Assembly: GCA_028826165.1 (NCBI GenBank)
Contig: JAPDFW010000059.1
Location: 558,001 to 622,000 of the forward strand
Direction of reading: 5' to 3'
Source of the DNA: Anaeramoeba ignava BMAN
Lineage: Eukaryota > Protista > Anaeramoebae
Length of the DNA stretch: 64,000 nucleotides
In this document: in pieces, positions 12,708 through 27,412 of the stretch
Layout of the letters: each line of letters starts with the position of its first letter
Position numbering within the stretch: the first letter of the stretch is position 1
Position numbers and translations under genes: made by a program
Notes under the pieces: model-generated
What the model saw: the letters and a program-made list of their open reading frames with translations, nothing else
Told to the model about the DNA's origin: nothing
The model's database searches: none

Positions 12708-15700
12708 TTATAATACAATATCATCATTTCGATCCCATTTTTGATTATTAGCAGGATTTCTTAATCTTTTACCACCAAGAACTAAAGGGGTAAAATAAGA
12801 TTCAGGATAAGCTTCCAAAATAGTCCAAGGATCAATTTGACGAGGATCATGAAGAGTTGGCTTATTAATTTTAATAGGCAAAGTAATAAGATTATCTTTG
12901 CGATCAGGATTTGGAATACCATAAGCAATTTGGAAAAGAAGATCAGAAGAAGTGTCTTTCATAAAAGAAGAGTTAGTGAACATATTTTGTTTAACATAAG
13001 GAAGAACTTTGCGGATTCTATCTCGATGAATGTGACCAAATTGAAGAGAATTAAAATAATTCCACAAATCCCCGTTTTTTTCTTTCAAAATTCTTGAGGA
13101 AGATTTGTCATCTTGCAGTAAAGTTTTGGATGTAATGGAAGTGATTGATGTGAAAACATCCAAGAAATAATTGAATAAATTCTCGCATTCAAGTTCGTGG
13201 ATTTGTGAGACAAGAGAAAGAATATGGAGTAGATTATGTGCAAGTTTAAACGCAGAAATTGCGAGATTAGTTCTTTCCTGAGATTGCAATCCTGAGAGTA
13301 CGCGAGACTCGCTAAGAAAAGAACAGAACCAATTAAGAAGTCTTATTCTTAAATGTGCTGATGATAAAAAATTTTTTGCTGCGAGTTTTCCGCTTGAATG
13401 AAGTTCTGTTAGTTTTTCTAATTGGGAAAGTAAAGACATGAAAAGATAGCTATAATCAGCATCTTTTTCTTGCAAACAAACTTCTAATATTTGGGATAAT
13501 GCATCCCCAATTGTTTGTGCTGCACAAAATGAAGGTGGCTTAAGTGCATTTTCTAAATCGCTTAGCCATTTGATAATTTTGTCGAAAAGTTCCTTTCGAA
13601 TATTTTTTCCCAATTCAAATCGAATAAATAAACTTGTGTAACTTGGTCGATCTAAAATACGTTCTAGGATTGCATTTGCGAATTCTGCATAAAGATCTTG
13701 TTGTAATTGCAGAATGTCGCCTCCTTTTGTTGTATTTGATTCATTTTTGATTATATCTTTTTGGTATTCAAGAAGTAGTTGTAATTCTAATGAACATAAT
13801 GAAGTTGTCCATATTGTTGTTCTATTAAGTACAGCATTGATTTTTGAGCAGAGTTTATTTCGTACGAATGATTTTTTTTCATTTTCATTTTCATTTCCAT
13901 TTTCATTTTCATTTTCATTTTCATTTCCATTTTCATTTCCATTTTCATTTTCATTTTCATTTTCATTTTCTAAATTTTCTTTTTCTAAATTTTCTTCATC
14001 TTTCATATCTTTAATATCTTTAATATCTTCTTCATGCTTTTCAGGTATAATCGCTTTTCTGACTAAAGCAAAAAGTTTCAATTTTGATAAAAACGATTCA
14101 TCAAGTTTATTCAACTCGGAATGAAGTTCAGAAGCATTGAAAATACATGCATGACGGAAATTATCTTGATTAGTAATTTTTACTAACGTGCTTTTCAGTA
14201 AATTAATTAAATTTTGCAAATTGATTTGGTTTTGATTTAAATTTTCATTTTCATCCTCATTTAAATTTGCTTTAAAAATTCCTTCAAATTTCATTAATAT
14301 TCTCCATAAAGATGTTAGCAATGAAAATAAAACTCCTGGCATAATTTGGAATCTTGTTGTTATCAATGTAATTGAGGTGTATTGGTTATTCTCAAGTTTT
14401 TCTGTTGATTCTGAAAGAAGTGAAACAAGAAAATCTAAGCAAAAAGCAACTCTTTCTTTTGAAACTTGTGAATATGATTCAATTAATTTTTTTGACTCAG
14501 TTTCAAGACATTCTTGGAAAACACCAGCTATTACTTGGTTGATATTTACCATTCCTAATGATATTATTCTCAGTAAAAAATCTGTAAATTGGGCAACTAA
14601 TTCTCCAGTAAATTTTTCAAACACCATCACCTGGTTTTTGAATACATATAGTAATATTTGGTCGTGATGAATTCGAGATGATGAGAGGAAATTCAATTCA
14701 CGGAAAATTTGGATGGCAATATATAAATTAACTTCTCTTGAATTAATTTTGGTGATAAAACTGGAATAAAATATAAAAAGATCGTTCAATGTAAAAGTAT
14801 TGCTATGAGTCAAAAAGAAATTTGAAAACTCTTTGATCATATTCTGTGAATTGATGTTGGGTAATTGCGATACTAATTGTGATATGTTTTGGTTTGCTTT
14901 TGTTTGTTGATTTTGTGATTTGCGGATATTCTTGCCGAAATCAAAGCTTTTGAAGTGTTTTGATTTTGCTAAATTGGTTGTTTTTGAATCAAGAATTTTG
15001 TTGATTTTTCTTTTGATCATTGAATCAATTGAGTTGTTTTCCAAAAGATGGTTTAAATATTGTGTGATTTCTGGGAAGGAATGATATTCTGTGCAAATAA
15101 AACGGAAGCATTCTATAATCATTGATTTAAGATCTAGGATATTCATTGGCAAGTTGTTTGGAGTTATATTTGTGTTTATATTTGGTTCTTTTTCAATTTC
15201 ACTCTTCTTGATAAGTGCCATTAAAAGTTCAACAACTTTCCCACGAAGAACAAATACTCCTCGATATTTCTGCATAAGTTCCACAAGCTGCTTTTCAAAT
15301 CCTATTGTATTTTCAAACAGCCAAAGAAGTTCATCTATTAATCTTTGATAATCATTTGATATTTCCAGAAGTAAAATTTCATTTCTAACAACAATCCCAT
15401 CTTTTTCGAATTGAGATTTTTCACTAAATAATAAAAAAAATAAGTTTGTTAAAGAAAAAATATTTTTTTTTTCAAGACGATTTGATTTACATATTATTAT
15501 GAACAAATTCCACAATTCGAGTATTAATTTGATCAATATAAAAAGGAGAGTTAAATTGATTAAAATGATTCAATAAAGTATGGAAATCTTCTCCTGAGTT
15601 TAAAAACCTCAAAGCAAGTTCTTCTCCCTTTCGGATTGCCTCTCTTTCGTTCTGTATTGCTTCTTTCAAGTGTTCTCTTTCTAGAAGAACCATTTTATGA

Positions 15701-18076
15701 ATAAAATCCTTAGATTCAAAACCACCAACAGTTGGGATCATTTTAAAAAAAAGGATTCTTTTTTGTGCCAATTTGTCTTGTTGTTGTTTTTGAATACGAA
15801 ATAGCCCTAATGAAATCAGTCTTCGGGAATATAAATTATGAGAGAATAAATCGGTGCGAATAAATTCACCGAAAAGCTCTTCGATTCTTTTCTCTTCCTT
15901 TACAGAAGGAGAGTAACTATCAAGAAAATTCAACAACGGTTTTTGGAGAATGAAAAAGGAATCCTGTTTGGAATAATCGAAAAAAGGATCTTTTTGTTGG
16001 CGGTATTGCGCATATTCTGTTAGAACCTTAATAGCAATGCTATTTCGATAAGGAATGTATCTGAATCGAGTCACGACCCATTCGCAGATGATTGAAACAA
16101 ATCTGAAATCGTCTGAATTTTCTTTTTGTACTAAATTGATGCTATTTACTGATTTATCTTGCTCCTCGTTTGATAAAATGCCAAATTCTTGTGGACATCC
16201 TTGGAAATTATTGAATCCTTTGCTTTGGAATAATTGATAATATTTTGCCTCTCCTTTTTCAATTAGCGCATCAAGGGATTCCACAAGAGAGCATTCGTCA
16301 AAGAAATTAAGATGAGAATTCTGATAAAGAATATCAGCTCTCTGTATTAAAATCGATAGCATTGAGGAATCAAGTTGAAATATTTGTTTTGGAAAAATGG
16401 TGAACAAGATTTCTGAAAATGTTTTGATTTTCATGAGATTTTCAACTCCAACAACAGACAAAGCATCAAATGCATGATAAATTGAATATTGTAATACTGA
16501 AAATATTTGTTCGAAAAATTTTAGTCTTTGGGATGTGATATAAAAATGGCTCTGAGTATCTTGTTCATTTTCATTTGCGCTTTCATTTGCACTGTTTTCA
16601 AAACCTTCTTGTTCAATGTCCATATTTTTTTCTGCTTGGTCATTGCTATTATTTTTTTGTGCATTGGGAATTCCTTTTGTGATTATATTTCTTGCTGCAA
16701 AATTGATTTTATTGCTTTGTTTCTGTTGGTTGAGGAGGTTATTTTTGCCGAAATTCTTTGTTCTTTTTCCTGTTATTTCTTGATTTTCCATTTTGGAAAA
16801 ATTTGAAACTTCTTTTACAAGTTTGTTTTGAAATAAATGCAAATTGTGCTGTTCTATTAGTGATAATTTTTTTAAGCAGACATTTATAAATCCATCAAGA
16901 AGAATGAAATTTTCACAAATAAAGTCTAAAGTATTTAAAAAAATAAGCATTAAGGCAGAGTTATTTTCATCAGAAGAAGAATATCTAAATAATTGTATTA
17001 TTTCTTTCAAAAACAGAAAACGATCCAACATCCCATTTTGGAAGCAATATATTGCCATTTTAAATATGTATTGCCATTTTCTTTTAAATAATTTAAGAGG
17101 ATCTGAAGAAAATTGATTTTGAGGGGATATTTGGGTCTTTTTGTGTTTCAGCTTTTTTTTTTTTTTTTTTTTGAAATATAAATAATTTTTAAAATATAAA
17201 TAATTTTTAAATAATTTTACAATTTGTATTTATATTTGTATTTATATTTGCATTCGCATTTGTTCTTGTTTCTAAATTTTGAAACGGATTCTTTTTTAAA
17301 TATTCCTGAATATATTCAACAAGTTTTAAAGTCCACTGTTTATTTCTTTTATTTTGATTTAAAAAATCTTGTTGTTTTCTTCCAAGCTCCTGAAGATAAG
17401 TAACCTTTAAGATCCAAACAGCACGAAGAAAGGGGACTTCATTATCCACAAACTCTTCAAGCAAATCAAACCCTCGTTGAAGAGATTTGATTGGAATTTG
17501 CTTTGAAAGCTCTGCAAGTGTGCATTTTCCTGCAAGTTTTTTGGTAAACGCAAGTTGGTCTTCTCCACTTAATAAAACTCGCATCTTTGGAAACCTTAAA
17601 AACGGTTGAGATTCTTTACGCAATTTCTCAAGAAGCATCTTATCTCGTAATTCCTTGCGCGCTTTCTCAACTTTCTCAAATCCCTTTTGGATATTTTTCT
17701 CAATTTCTTCGACATTTTGACTTATTTTTTTAATTGCGCTTGAAAATTGATCAAAATTTGTTGGAAATGTAACTTCAAATCCTTTTGGCATCAATGAATA
17801 TTCTTGTTCTGATGGTGCTGGAACAGGATAGAAGTCCGGAAATGAAAGATCTTTGCTCAATGGCTTCATTTGTGGCGGCGGTTTTAATTTGAATGGCACT
17901 AATCCTTTTGTTCTTTTTCTGTTTGATCTTGTTATTGTTGGTCGTTTTTCTTTTCTTACTTCGTATTTCCCACTTTTTTGTGTTGTGTATCCTTGATTTG
18001 TTATGTTTTGATGTTGTATATCCATTTTTTGAGTTTTTGGTGTTGTTTTATTACTTCTTAATCTTTTTGTTTGCAT
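12708..18076 (-). CDS. MED12: Mediator complex subunit 12
   Basis: N-terminal PPPQMKPL...PDFYP, Med12 domain LAELSKQIP...LLEEF...VPFLRAVWILKVTY, FGEFIRTDLFSHNLYSRRLISLG, and C-terminal IDPWTILEAY. Introns about 17152-17220 (phase imperfect) and 15424-15490. Confidence 0.85.
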
Positions 18077-18390
18077 TTTTATTTATGGAAAAAAAATGAA
18101 AATGAAAAAAATGAAAAAAAATAAAAAAAAATTTAAAAAAAATTTTAATTACGTAAAAGTCAATAATTTTTTAAAATTCAAATCTTTTTTTTTTGTCCAC
18201 TTTTTTAAAATCAAAAAATCCATTTTTAATTTTTAATTTTATAAATGAATTTAAATTTAATTTTAAATTTAATTTTGATTTTGATTTTAATTTTGAATTT
18301 TGAATTTTAATTTTAATTTTAATTTTAATTTTAATTTTAATTTTAATTTTAATTTTAATTTTAATTTTAATTTTAATTTAATTTTAATTT

Positions 18391-21104
18391 TCATTTTGAT
18401 TTATTTTCGTTTTGATTTTCTTTGGGAATTATTTTCGTAAAATTTCTTATTTCTTTAGATAAAGGTGAACAAAAGTTTTCATTCCAAAGAAATTCAGGAA
18501 TTGTTTTTAAATCAACTCCTTCCTTTTGTAATGAATAAAGAATATTTTTATATTGATGTTGTTTATCTTTAATTGCTTTTCCTAAAATGATAATTAAGTT
18601 TCTTAAATTAGATTGAATTTCAGGAGGAGAATAATTAAAATCTGGATTTTTTAAAATTTTTCTTAATTCCATTTTTTGGTTTTGAATAAATTTATGTTCT
18701 TTTTTAAGAATTGAAAGAAGGTGTTTCATTCTTGAAATTTTTGTTTTGTTTTCAATACTTTTTGTTCGTGATTTTGGATCATCATTACTAATTTTATTAA
18801 AAATTTGAATATTTACTGGAAGAGAAAATGAATCATTTCCTTTAACAACAGCAGAATTAAAAGGTAAATTAATTCCTTGTAATTCTTTTGAAATTTGATT
18901 TTTTATATTTTGAATTTCTTTTTTAAAGATATTTTCTTCTAAATTTGGATTTGAATTTGGATTTGGATTTAAATTTAAATTTGATTTTGAATATAAATTT
19001 GAATTTGATTTTGAATATAAATTTGAATTTGATTTTGAATATAAATTTGATTTTGATTTTGAATATAAATTTAAATTTGATTTTAAATTTGAATTTGTTT
19101 GTGAATTTGAATTTGGTTTTGATTTTGAATTTAATTTTGATTTTAAATATAATTTTGAATTTGATTTTGAATTTGATTTTCTTTGTGAATTTGCTTGTGA
19201 TTTTGAATTTGAATTTGTTTGTAAATTTATTTGTGAATTTGAATTTGATTTTCTTTGTAAATTTGCTTGTGATTTTGAATTTGAATTTGTTTGTAAATTT
19301 GTTTGTGAATTTGCTTGTAAATTTGTTTGTGATTTTGAATTTAAATTTGTTTGTGAATTTGTTTTTAAATCTTTTCTATTTTTAACTTGAATACTTCTTA
19401 TTCTTTGATGTGATTTTCGATGATTTTTATACCTTCTATGATTTCTATGCTTTCTATGATTTTGATTTCTTATTTTATAATTCAATTTATAAATAGAATT
19501 CCTAATTTCTTTTAAATTATTCAAAGATTCAATTTCTAAATTTGTTTGTTGTTGATCTAGCTCGCTCAATTTATTAACTTCATTTAAAAGATGACCAATT
19601 TCATTATTTTCATTATTTTCTTTTGTTAAATTTTCAAATTTTTGATTTAATTGATTCATTTTATCTAAAATTTGTGCCATTTCTTTTGTACAAAAACTTT
19701 CTTGTTTTTGATCTCCAAAATCTTGGTTTTTTTGAATTGCTTTTAAATGTTTATATTTAGAATTATAATAATCCCTTTCTTTTTGAATTTTTTGCATATT
19801 TGATCTTAAATGTGATAAAGCTTGAAAAATAGCTAAAAGAATAAATTAAAAGAATAAATTAAAAAAAAATAAATGAATTAAAAATTTTATATTTTTTTTT
19901 TACCTAAAGATGTTGAATTATTATCTAAATTTTTATATGAATGATTATTTTTTTGATTTTCATTTATAAATTGATTTTGATTTTCATTTTCATTTTGATT
20001 TTGATTTTGATTTTGATTTTGATTTTGATTTTCATTTTGATTTTGATTTTGATTTTGATTTTCAATTTCATTTTGATTTATAAATTGATTTTGATTTTGA
20101 TTTTCAATTTCATTTTGATTTTGATTTTCATTTTGATTTTGATTTTGATTTTGATTTTGATTTTGATTTTCATTTTGATTTTCATTTTGATTTTGATTTT
20201 GATTTATAAATTGATTTTCATTTTGATCTTGATTTTGGTTTTGATTTTGATTTTGATTTTGATTTTGATTTATAAATTGATTTTGATTTTGATTTTGATT
20301 TTGATTTATAAATTGATTTTGATTTTGATTTTGATTTATAAATTGATTTTGATTTTGATTTTGATTTTCAAATTGATTTTGATTTTGATTTTGATTTATA
20401 AATTGATTTTGATTTTGATTTTCATTTTGATTTTGATTTTGATTTATAAATTGATTTTGATTTTTATTTTGATTTTGATTTATAAATTGATTTTGATTTT
20501 GATTTTCATTTTGATTTTGATTTTGATTTTCATTTATAAATTGATTTTGATTTTCATTTATAAATTGATTTTGATTTTGATTTATAAATTGATTTTGATT
20601 TTGATTTTGATTTTGATTTTGATTTATAAATTGATTTTGATTTTGATTTTGATTTATAAATTGATTTTCATTTATAAATTGATTTTCATTTATAAATTGA
20701 TTTTGATTTTGATTTTGATTTTCAAATTGATTTTCATTTATAAATTGATTTTGATTTTGATTTTGATTTTCATTTTGATTTATAAATTGATTTTCATTTA
20801 TAAATTGATTTTGATTTATAAATTGATTTTGATTTTGATTTTGATTTTCATTTTCATTTATAAATTGATTTTGATTTTGATTTTGATTTATAAATTGATT
20901 TTGATTTTGATTTTGATTTATAAATTGATTTTCATTTTCATTTTCTGAAGAATCACTAAAAAATACTTGATTATCTTCTAAATCATTTAAAGCAACAGTT
21001 GAAGAAGAAAAATTATATAGATTTTGTTCATCTTGTTCAAATGAATTTTGAAAATAATGTTGAAAATAATTTTGATTTTGATTTTGATTTTGATTTTGAT
21101 TCAT
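18391..21104 (-). CDS. CEP57/translokin-like coiled-coil protein with a very long N-terminal NQ repeat
   Basis: Intron 19833-19903 joins the two ORFs in frame, giving AIFQALSHLRSNMQKIQKERD (cf. CEP57 [20 protein letters not shown]). LPFNSAVVKGNDSFSLPVNIQ resembles IPFVAGKSTSPSHAVVANVQ. The C-terminal helix MKHLLSILKKEH...AIKDKQHQY resembles the CEP57 microtubule-binding domain. Confidence 0.55.
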
Positions 21105-21324
21105 TTAAAAAAAAAAATAAGAGAAAAAGAAAATAAAAATGTTTTTGATTTCAATTTTAATTGTTTTTTTTAAATTTTTTTTTTGATCGTTTTCAATGTC
21201 AATTATTTCTAAAAAAATGACATTTCATTTCTATTAAAAAAAAAGGAAAAAAATGAAAAAGTTTTTTTTTAAAATTCATTTTTTTCATTTTTTCATTTTT
21301 TTCATTTTTTTTTTCAATAATTTA

Positions 21325-21844
21325 ATGGATGAATTAACTCAAGATGAACAAAATAGAATTGATTCACTTCAAAAATCAATAAAAGAAATTGAAATACAAG
21401 TTGAAGGATTAATAAAAAAAGCAAAAGAAGTTGAAGAAGAATTAACGCCACTTGAAAAAGCAGAACTTGATACAACAATTGCATATATTATAACAAGTTT
21501 ATTTTATATTTATTTAAAAACACAAGGAATTTCAACTCAAGATCATCCTATAAAATATGAACTTGAACAAGTTAAATTATATATGAATAAAGTTCATGAT
21601 TTAGTTGAATTAAATAAAAATAAATTCCTTAAAGTTGATGTTGAAGCAGCAAAAAGAATAATTCTTCATTCAACTCAACAAATTAATTCACAAAAAAATG
21701 GTAAAAAAATTTTTCGAAAAGAAAAAAAAAATATCAAAATTTATTTTTTTATTTTTTTTTATCTTAGAAAAACATATTAAACCTAAATCTCCATCTCCAA
21801 TTAAAAAGCAAAAAATTAAAACTAAAAAAAATTCTCGTAAATGA
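21325..21844 (+). CDS. C1D: C1D/Rrp47 nuclear exosome cofactor (Sas10/Utp3/C1D family)
   Basis: LTPLEKAELDTTIAYIITSLFYIYLKTQGISTQDHPIKYELEQVKLYMNKV...VDVEAAKRIILHS. Intron 21701-21767. Confidence 0.88.
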
Positions 21845-22048
21845 TTTGATCAAATTTGATTAATTTTAAATTTTTTTTTTTTGAAAAATTTTTGATTAAA
21901 TTATTTAGAAAAATAAAAAATAAAAAATAAAAAATATAAAAAATTAAATGTCTTAAATGTTTTAAATGTTTTTTTTTTATTTGGAAAAAATTTTTTTCAA
22001 ATTTTTTTTTTCATTTTTTTCCTTGTTTTTTAATTTTCAATTTTTAAA

Positions 22049-25000
22049 ATGAGTCAACCAAAAGATTCACAATTAACTCCAGTAAAACAAATTATAAAAC
22101 ATTTTTTATAATTTATTTCTATAATTTTTTTTTTCTTTTTGATAGAAACTTAGAAAACAACAAAGAAAAGAACAAAAAGAAAAAGAAAAAAAAGAAAAAA
22201 AAGCCAAAAAAGAATTAGAACGAAGAAGAAAAGAACAACAAAAACGCGAAAAAAAACAACAAAAAGCAAATTCAAAAAAATTTTCAACATTAAAAAGTCA
22301 AAGTGTAAAAAAAAATATAAAAAAATATTTTAAATTAAAGTCTCGAAAAAAATTCATTTTGTATTTAAATTTTGTTTCTTTTTAAAAACAATAGACAACA
22401 ACAATAACAAAAAATTTAGATTTAGATTCAACTTCCAATCAAGACAAACCAAAAGTTTTTACTAGTTATCAAGAAGGACAAAATCCTGAAATTGATTTAA
22501 TTAAAAAAGAGCTTATTGAAAAGAAAAAAATGCAATCAAAAACAAATTTAAATGAAAATTTAACTGAAAATTTAAACTGAAAATTCAACTGAAAATTCAA
22601 CTGAAAATTCAAAAGAAAATTCAAAAGAAAATTCAAAAGAAAATTCAAAAGAAAATTCGAAGGAAAATTTAAATGAAAATTTAAATGAAAATTTAAATCA
22701 AAATAAAATTGAAAATCAATTTAAAATAGAAAGTCAACAACCTCCAACTCCTCCAAGAGAATTATCAAAATCTCACTTAAATCAAGAAATTTCAAATGAT
22801 AAAAATAATTTAGAAAATCAAAATGAAAATCAAAATGAAAATCAAAATGAAATTGAAATTGAAAATCAAAATGAAATTGAAATTGAAAATCAAAATGAAA
22901 ATCAAAATAAAATTCAAAATGAAAATTCTCAACAAAAAATTAAAGATTCTGATAGTGAATTATCAAAATCAGAAATAGAAGATACTCCACAAGAAACAGA
23001 AGATGAAGATATTGGTGTTCCTAAAACAGAATGGCTTGCTTATTTTATGAGAAAAAATCCAGATATTTTGAGATTGAAAGAAAGAGCTCGAGTTTTAACA
23101 CAAGAAGAAACGTAAAATCAAAATCAAAATAATATTAAAATTAAAATTAAAATTAAAATTAAAATTAAAATTAATATTAAAATTAAAATTAAAATTAAAA
23201 TTAAAATTAAAATTAAAATTAAAATTAAAATTAAAATTAAAATTAATATTGAATTTAAAATCAAAATTAAAATTAAAATTAAAATTAAAATTAAAATTAA
23301 AATTAAAAATTAAAATTAAAATTAAAATTAAAAAATTTAAAAATTTAAAAAAAAAAAATTAAAATTAAAATTAAAATTAAAATTAAAAATTAAAAATTAA
23401 AATTTAAAATTAAAATTAAAAAAATTAAAATTAAAATTAAAATTAAAATCAAAATTAAAATTAAAATTAAAATTAAAATTAAAATTAAAATTAAAATTAA
23501 AATTAAAATTAAAATTAAAATTAAAATTAAAATTAAAATTAAAATTAAAATTAAAATTAAAATTAAAATTAAAATTTAAAATTAAAATTAAAATTAAAAT
23601 TAAAATTAAAATTAAAATTAAAATTAAAATTAAAATTTAAAATTAAAATTAAAAATATATAAGATATGGGAAGCTTTGTGAAATTGCATATACAGAATCT
23701 AAAGAAAGTTTATCATCTCGAGTAATTTCGCAGCTTTTAATGAATTATTTCTATCAAAACAAATTTTATAAAACATTAAAAGCTCTTGAATCAGAAACAA
23801 AATATCCATTTGAAATTCATTATAACAAAAGTTATTTAAAACCATTAGTTTGTGTTTCTATACCAACAATGGATCATTTATGGGATCATCAATACCCAAC
23901 TCCAACTGATTTGGATGATGAACTTGAAGATCCAGAAGTTTTTATTACTGAAGATTTTTTCAGGTAATTTTTTTAAATTGAAAATTTTTTTAAATTGGAA
24001 TTTTTTTAAATTGGAATTTTTTTTTAAAAAAAGTGGAATTGATTCTCTTCATGATGTTTCTGTTTGGGATGAACCTCCAGATAATGAAACAAATATTCTT
24101 TATTCAGAAGATAAAAGTAAAAATTAGAAAATTATTTTTCTTCTTTTAAAAATTAAAATTATTTTTCAATTTTTAGATGAATTAAAAGCTGCTACTCTTA
24201 ATAAATTAATTCTTAAATTAGTTCCAGAAACAGAATTGGAACATGATTTTCGAATTATATTTTTATCAACTTATCAATCTTTTACAACACCATATATGTT
24301 ATTATATAAATTAATTCAAAGGTAAATTAAAATTAATATTAAAATTGAAATTGAAATTGAAATTAAATTAAAATTAAAATTAAAATTAAAATTAAAATTA
24401 AAATTAAAATTAAAATTAAAATTAAAATTAATATTAAAATTAAAATTAAAATTAAAATTAAAATCAAAATTAAAATTAAAATTAAAATTAAAATTAAAAT
24501 TTAAAATTAAAATTAAAATTGAAATTAATATTAAAATTAAAATCAAAATTAAAATTAAAATCAAAATTAAAATTAAAATTAAAATTTGAAATTAAAATTA
24601 AAATTTAAATTAAAATTAAAATTGAAATTAAAATTAAAATTAAAATTAAAATTAAAATTAAAATTAAAATTAAAATTTAAAATTAAAATTAAAATTGAAA
24701 TTAATATTAAAATTATAATTAATATTAAAATTAATATTAAAATTAAAATTGAAATTAAAATTAAAATTAAAATTAAATTTTAAATTAAAATTAAAATTAT
24801 AATTAAAATCAAAATCAAAATTAAAATTAAAATTAAAATTAAAATTAAATTTAAAATTATAATTAATATTAAAATTAAATATTAAATATTAAATATTAAT
24901 TAGATATAATGTACCAAGATTACCAGATTTATCTTTTGAATCATATCAAACAAAGAAAAATTGTATCAAACTTCAAGTATGCAATATAATAAGATTTTGG

Positions 25001-26318
25001 GTGAAAAGCCACATTTCAGATTTTGATGAAAGACTAATTCAACAATTATTAGAGTTTATTAATAATGAACTTCCTAAAGATTCTTTTGTTGAATTTGCAA
25101 CAAATATTCGTAATTTGATTTCTAAAAAATTATCTCCAAAAGAATTAAGACAAAGAGATGATCTTTCAAAAGCTCCTGAACCAAAAGTTCCTAAAAATAT
25201 TTTTAGTAAAACTTTATCTTTTCTTGATATTGATCCTGAAGAAATTGCTAGACAAATTACAATTATTGATTGGAAATTGTTTTCTTTAATTCAAGTATAT
25301 ATTAAGATTATATTCAAAATTAATTTTTATCCGATTTTAATTTTTAATTTTAATATTTAATTTTAATTTCAATTTTAATTTTAATTTTAATTTTAATTTT
25401 AATTTTAATTTTAATTTTAATTTTAATTTTAATTTTAATTTTAATTTTAATTTTAATTTTAATTTTAATTTTAATTTTAATTTTAATTTTAATTTTAATT
25501 TTAATTTTAATTTTAATTTCAAATTTTAATTTTAATTTTAATTTTAATTTTAATTTTAATTTTAATTTTAATTTTAATTTTAATTTTAATTTTAATTTTA
25601 ATTTTAATTTTAATATTAATATTAATTTTAATTTTAATTTTAATTTTAATTTTAAATTTTAATTTTAAATTTAAAGGATAAAGAAATACTCACTTTATCT
25701 TGGCTAAATCCAAGACACAACCATGAATCATCAAACATTTTAGCATTTCTTCATCAAAATGACAAAATTCGAAATTGGGTTTGTTGTTTAATTTTAAGCT
25801 TTGAAAATCAACGACAACGGTCAAAATGCATAACAAGATTAATAAAAGTATCAGAACATTTATTAACATTACACAATTATAGTTCACTTTTAGCAATTTT
25901 CTCAGGATTTTTATCAGCATCAATAGCAAGACTCCAAATCACATGGAGCGAAGTGAACAAAAGAAACAAAGAAACACTTGAACATTTACTTCAATTAGGA
26001 AGTTCTGCATCATTTTATGAAAACTATCATAATAAACTTCGCGAATCAGAATTGCCTTGTGTTCCTTCTCTTAAGGTTCATTTGGAAGAGATTGAACGCA
26101 TTAATTCCCAAAATCCTGATCTTATTGGTCAAATGATTAATTTCCAAAAAAGATGCTCTTTTTATAGAGTTATTTCTCAATTAATGAAATATAAAGATAA
26201 AAATTATGTTTTACAACCTGTTTATCAAATTGCTGTTTTGTTTAATCAATTTCCTTTTGAAACAGAAGAAAAATTATTTGAAAAATCACTTAAAGTTGAA
26301 CCAAAAAGTTCAAATTGA
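22049..26318 (+). CDS. RasGEF with LisH, REM and CDC25 domains
   Basis: About 8 exons (introns approx. 22082-22145, 22305-22394, 23112-23663, 23965-24033, 24117-24175, 24322-24903, 25295-25676). LisH: VISQLLMNYFYQNKFYKTLKALESE. REM: IKAATLNKLI...FLSTYQSFTTPYMLLYKLIQRY. CDC25: DIDPEEIARQITIIDW, PCVPSL, INFQKR, SLKVEP. Confidence 0.88.
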
Positions 26319-26662
26319 ATTTAAAATTTAATTGAATAATTTAATTGAAAAATTTAATTGAAATTGAAATTTAATTTAATTGAATTGAATAATTTAATTG
26401 AATTTAAAATTTAATTGAATAATTTAATTGAAAAATTTAATTGAATTGAAAATTGAAAAAATTTTCTTCTTTTTAAAATCTCTTTTTTTTTTTTACTTCA
26501 TTTTTTTTTAAAAGAAAATCAATCAATTCCAAAAAATGGAAAATTGTTTTTTTTTTTTAAAATTCCCAAAAAAAAATAAGAAAGAAAACTTCTTTCTTTT
26601 CTTTTTTTTTCCTTTCTTTTCTTTTCTTTTAAAATTTAATTAAAAAGAAAAAGTAAAAAAAA

Positions 26663-27134
26663 TTATTTCTTTTGTTCTTGTTCATTTAAAAAATTTTGAA
26701 TATTATCAAAAACTTTTTTTGCATTTTGAAATTCTTGAGAATCAATAATTGATTGTTCTTCAATTTCATCCTAAATTTTAAATTAAATTTTTAATTGAAA
26801 TTTTTAATTGAAATTTTTTAATTGAAATTTTAATTGAAATTTTAATTTGATTTTAATTGAATTTTTTAATTTAAATTTTTAATTTTACAAGTAATTTTTT
26901 TAAATCAGAATGATAATGTTTTAATCTATTAATACAATCTGGTATCATTAAAAGTGTTTCTTGAAGAACTTCTTCTTGTTTTTTTATTTTTGCTGAATCT
27001 TCATTTGCTTTTTTTAATTTTTCAATTACTTGTATTTGTTCTTGTGCTTCTTTATCATAATAATTTTTATCCTTTAAAAGTCTGTTACAAGCTGATGATT
27101 TAATATTTAATTGTTTTAAAATTTGTTTAGACAT
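26663..27134 (-). CDS. TBCA: Tubulin-folding cofactor A
   Basis: LKQLNIKSSACNRLLKDKNYYDKE...IKKQEEVLQETLLMIPDCINRL. Intron 26771-26888. Confidence 0.92.
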
Positions 27135-27412
27135 TTAAAAAAAAAGAAGAAAAAAATGAAAAAAATGAAAAAAAAAAAATTGGAAATTCGAAAAAAAAAA
27201 AACTTAAAAATTTGACTTTGAAATTTAACTTTCAATTTAAAATTTAAATTTGACTTTGAATTTAAAAATACATTTGAAATTAAAATTAAAAATTAAAATT
27301 TAAATTTATTACAAAAATAACTTGGAAAATTGAAATTAAAATTTTTTCTTTTTTCCTTAATTCTTAATTCTTAATTTTGTTATTTTTGTAAATAATTTCT
27401 TTTAAAAAATCT

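Noticed and set aside
12837-17116. Plus-strand ORFs antisense to MED12 (and similar ORFs antisense to beta-adaptin, cyclin and the LRR gene)
   Set aside because: They are short shadow ORFs with no motifs, expected opposite long coding exons.
9658-27134. Functional microtubule gene cluster (DM10, CEP57-like, TBCA)
   Set aside because: The genes are interspersed with unrelated housekeeping genes on both strands, so co-location is plausibly chance.
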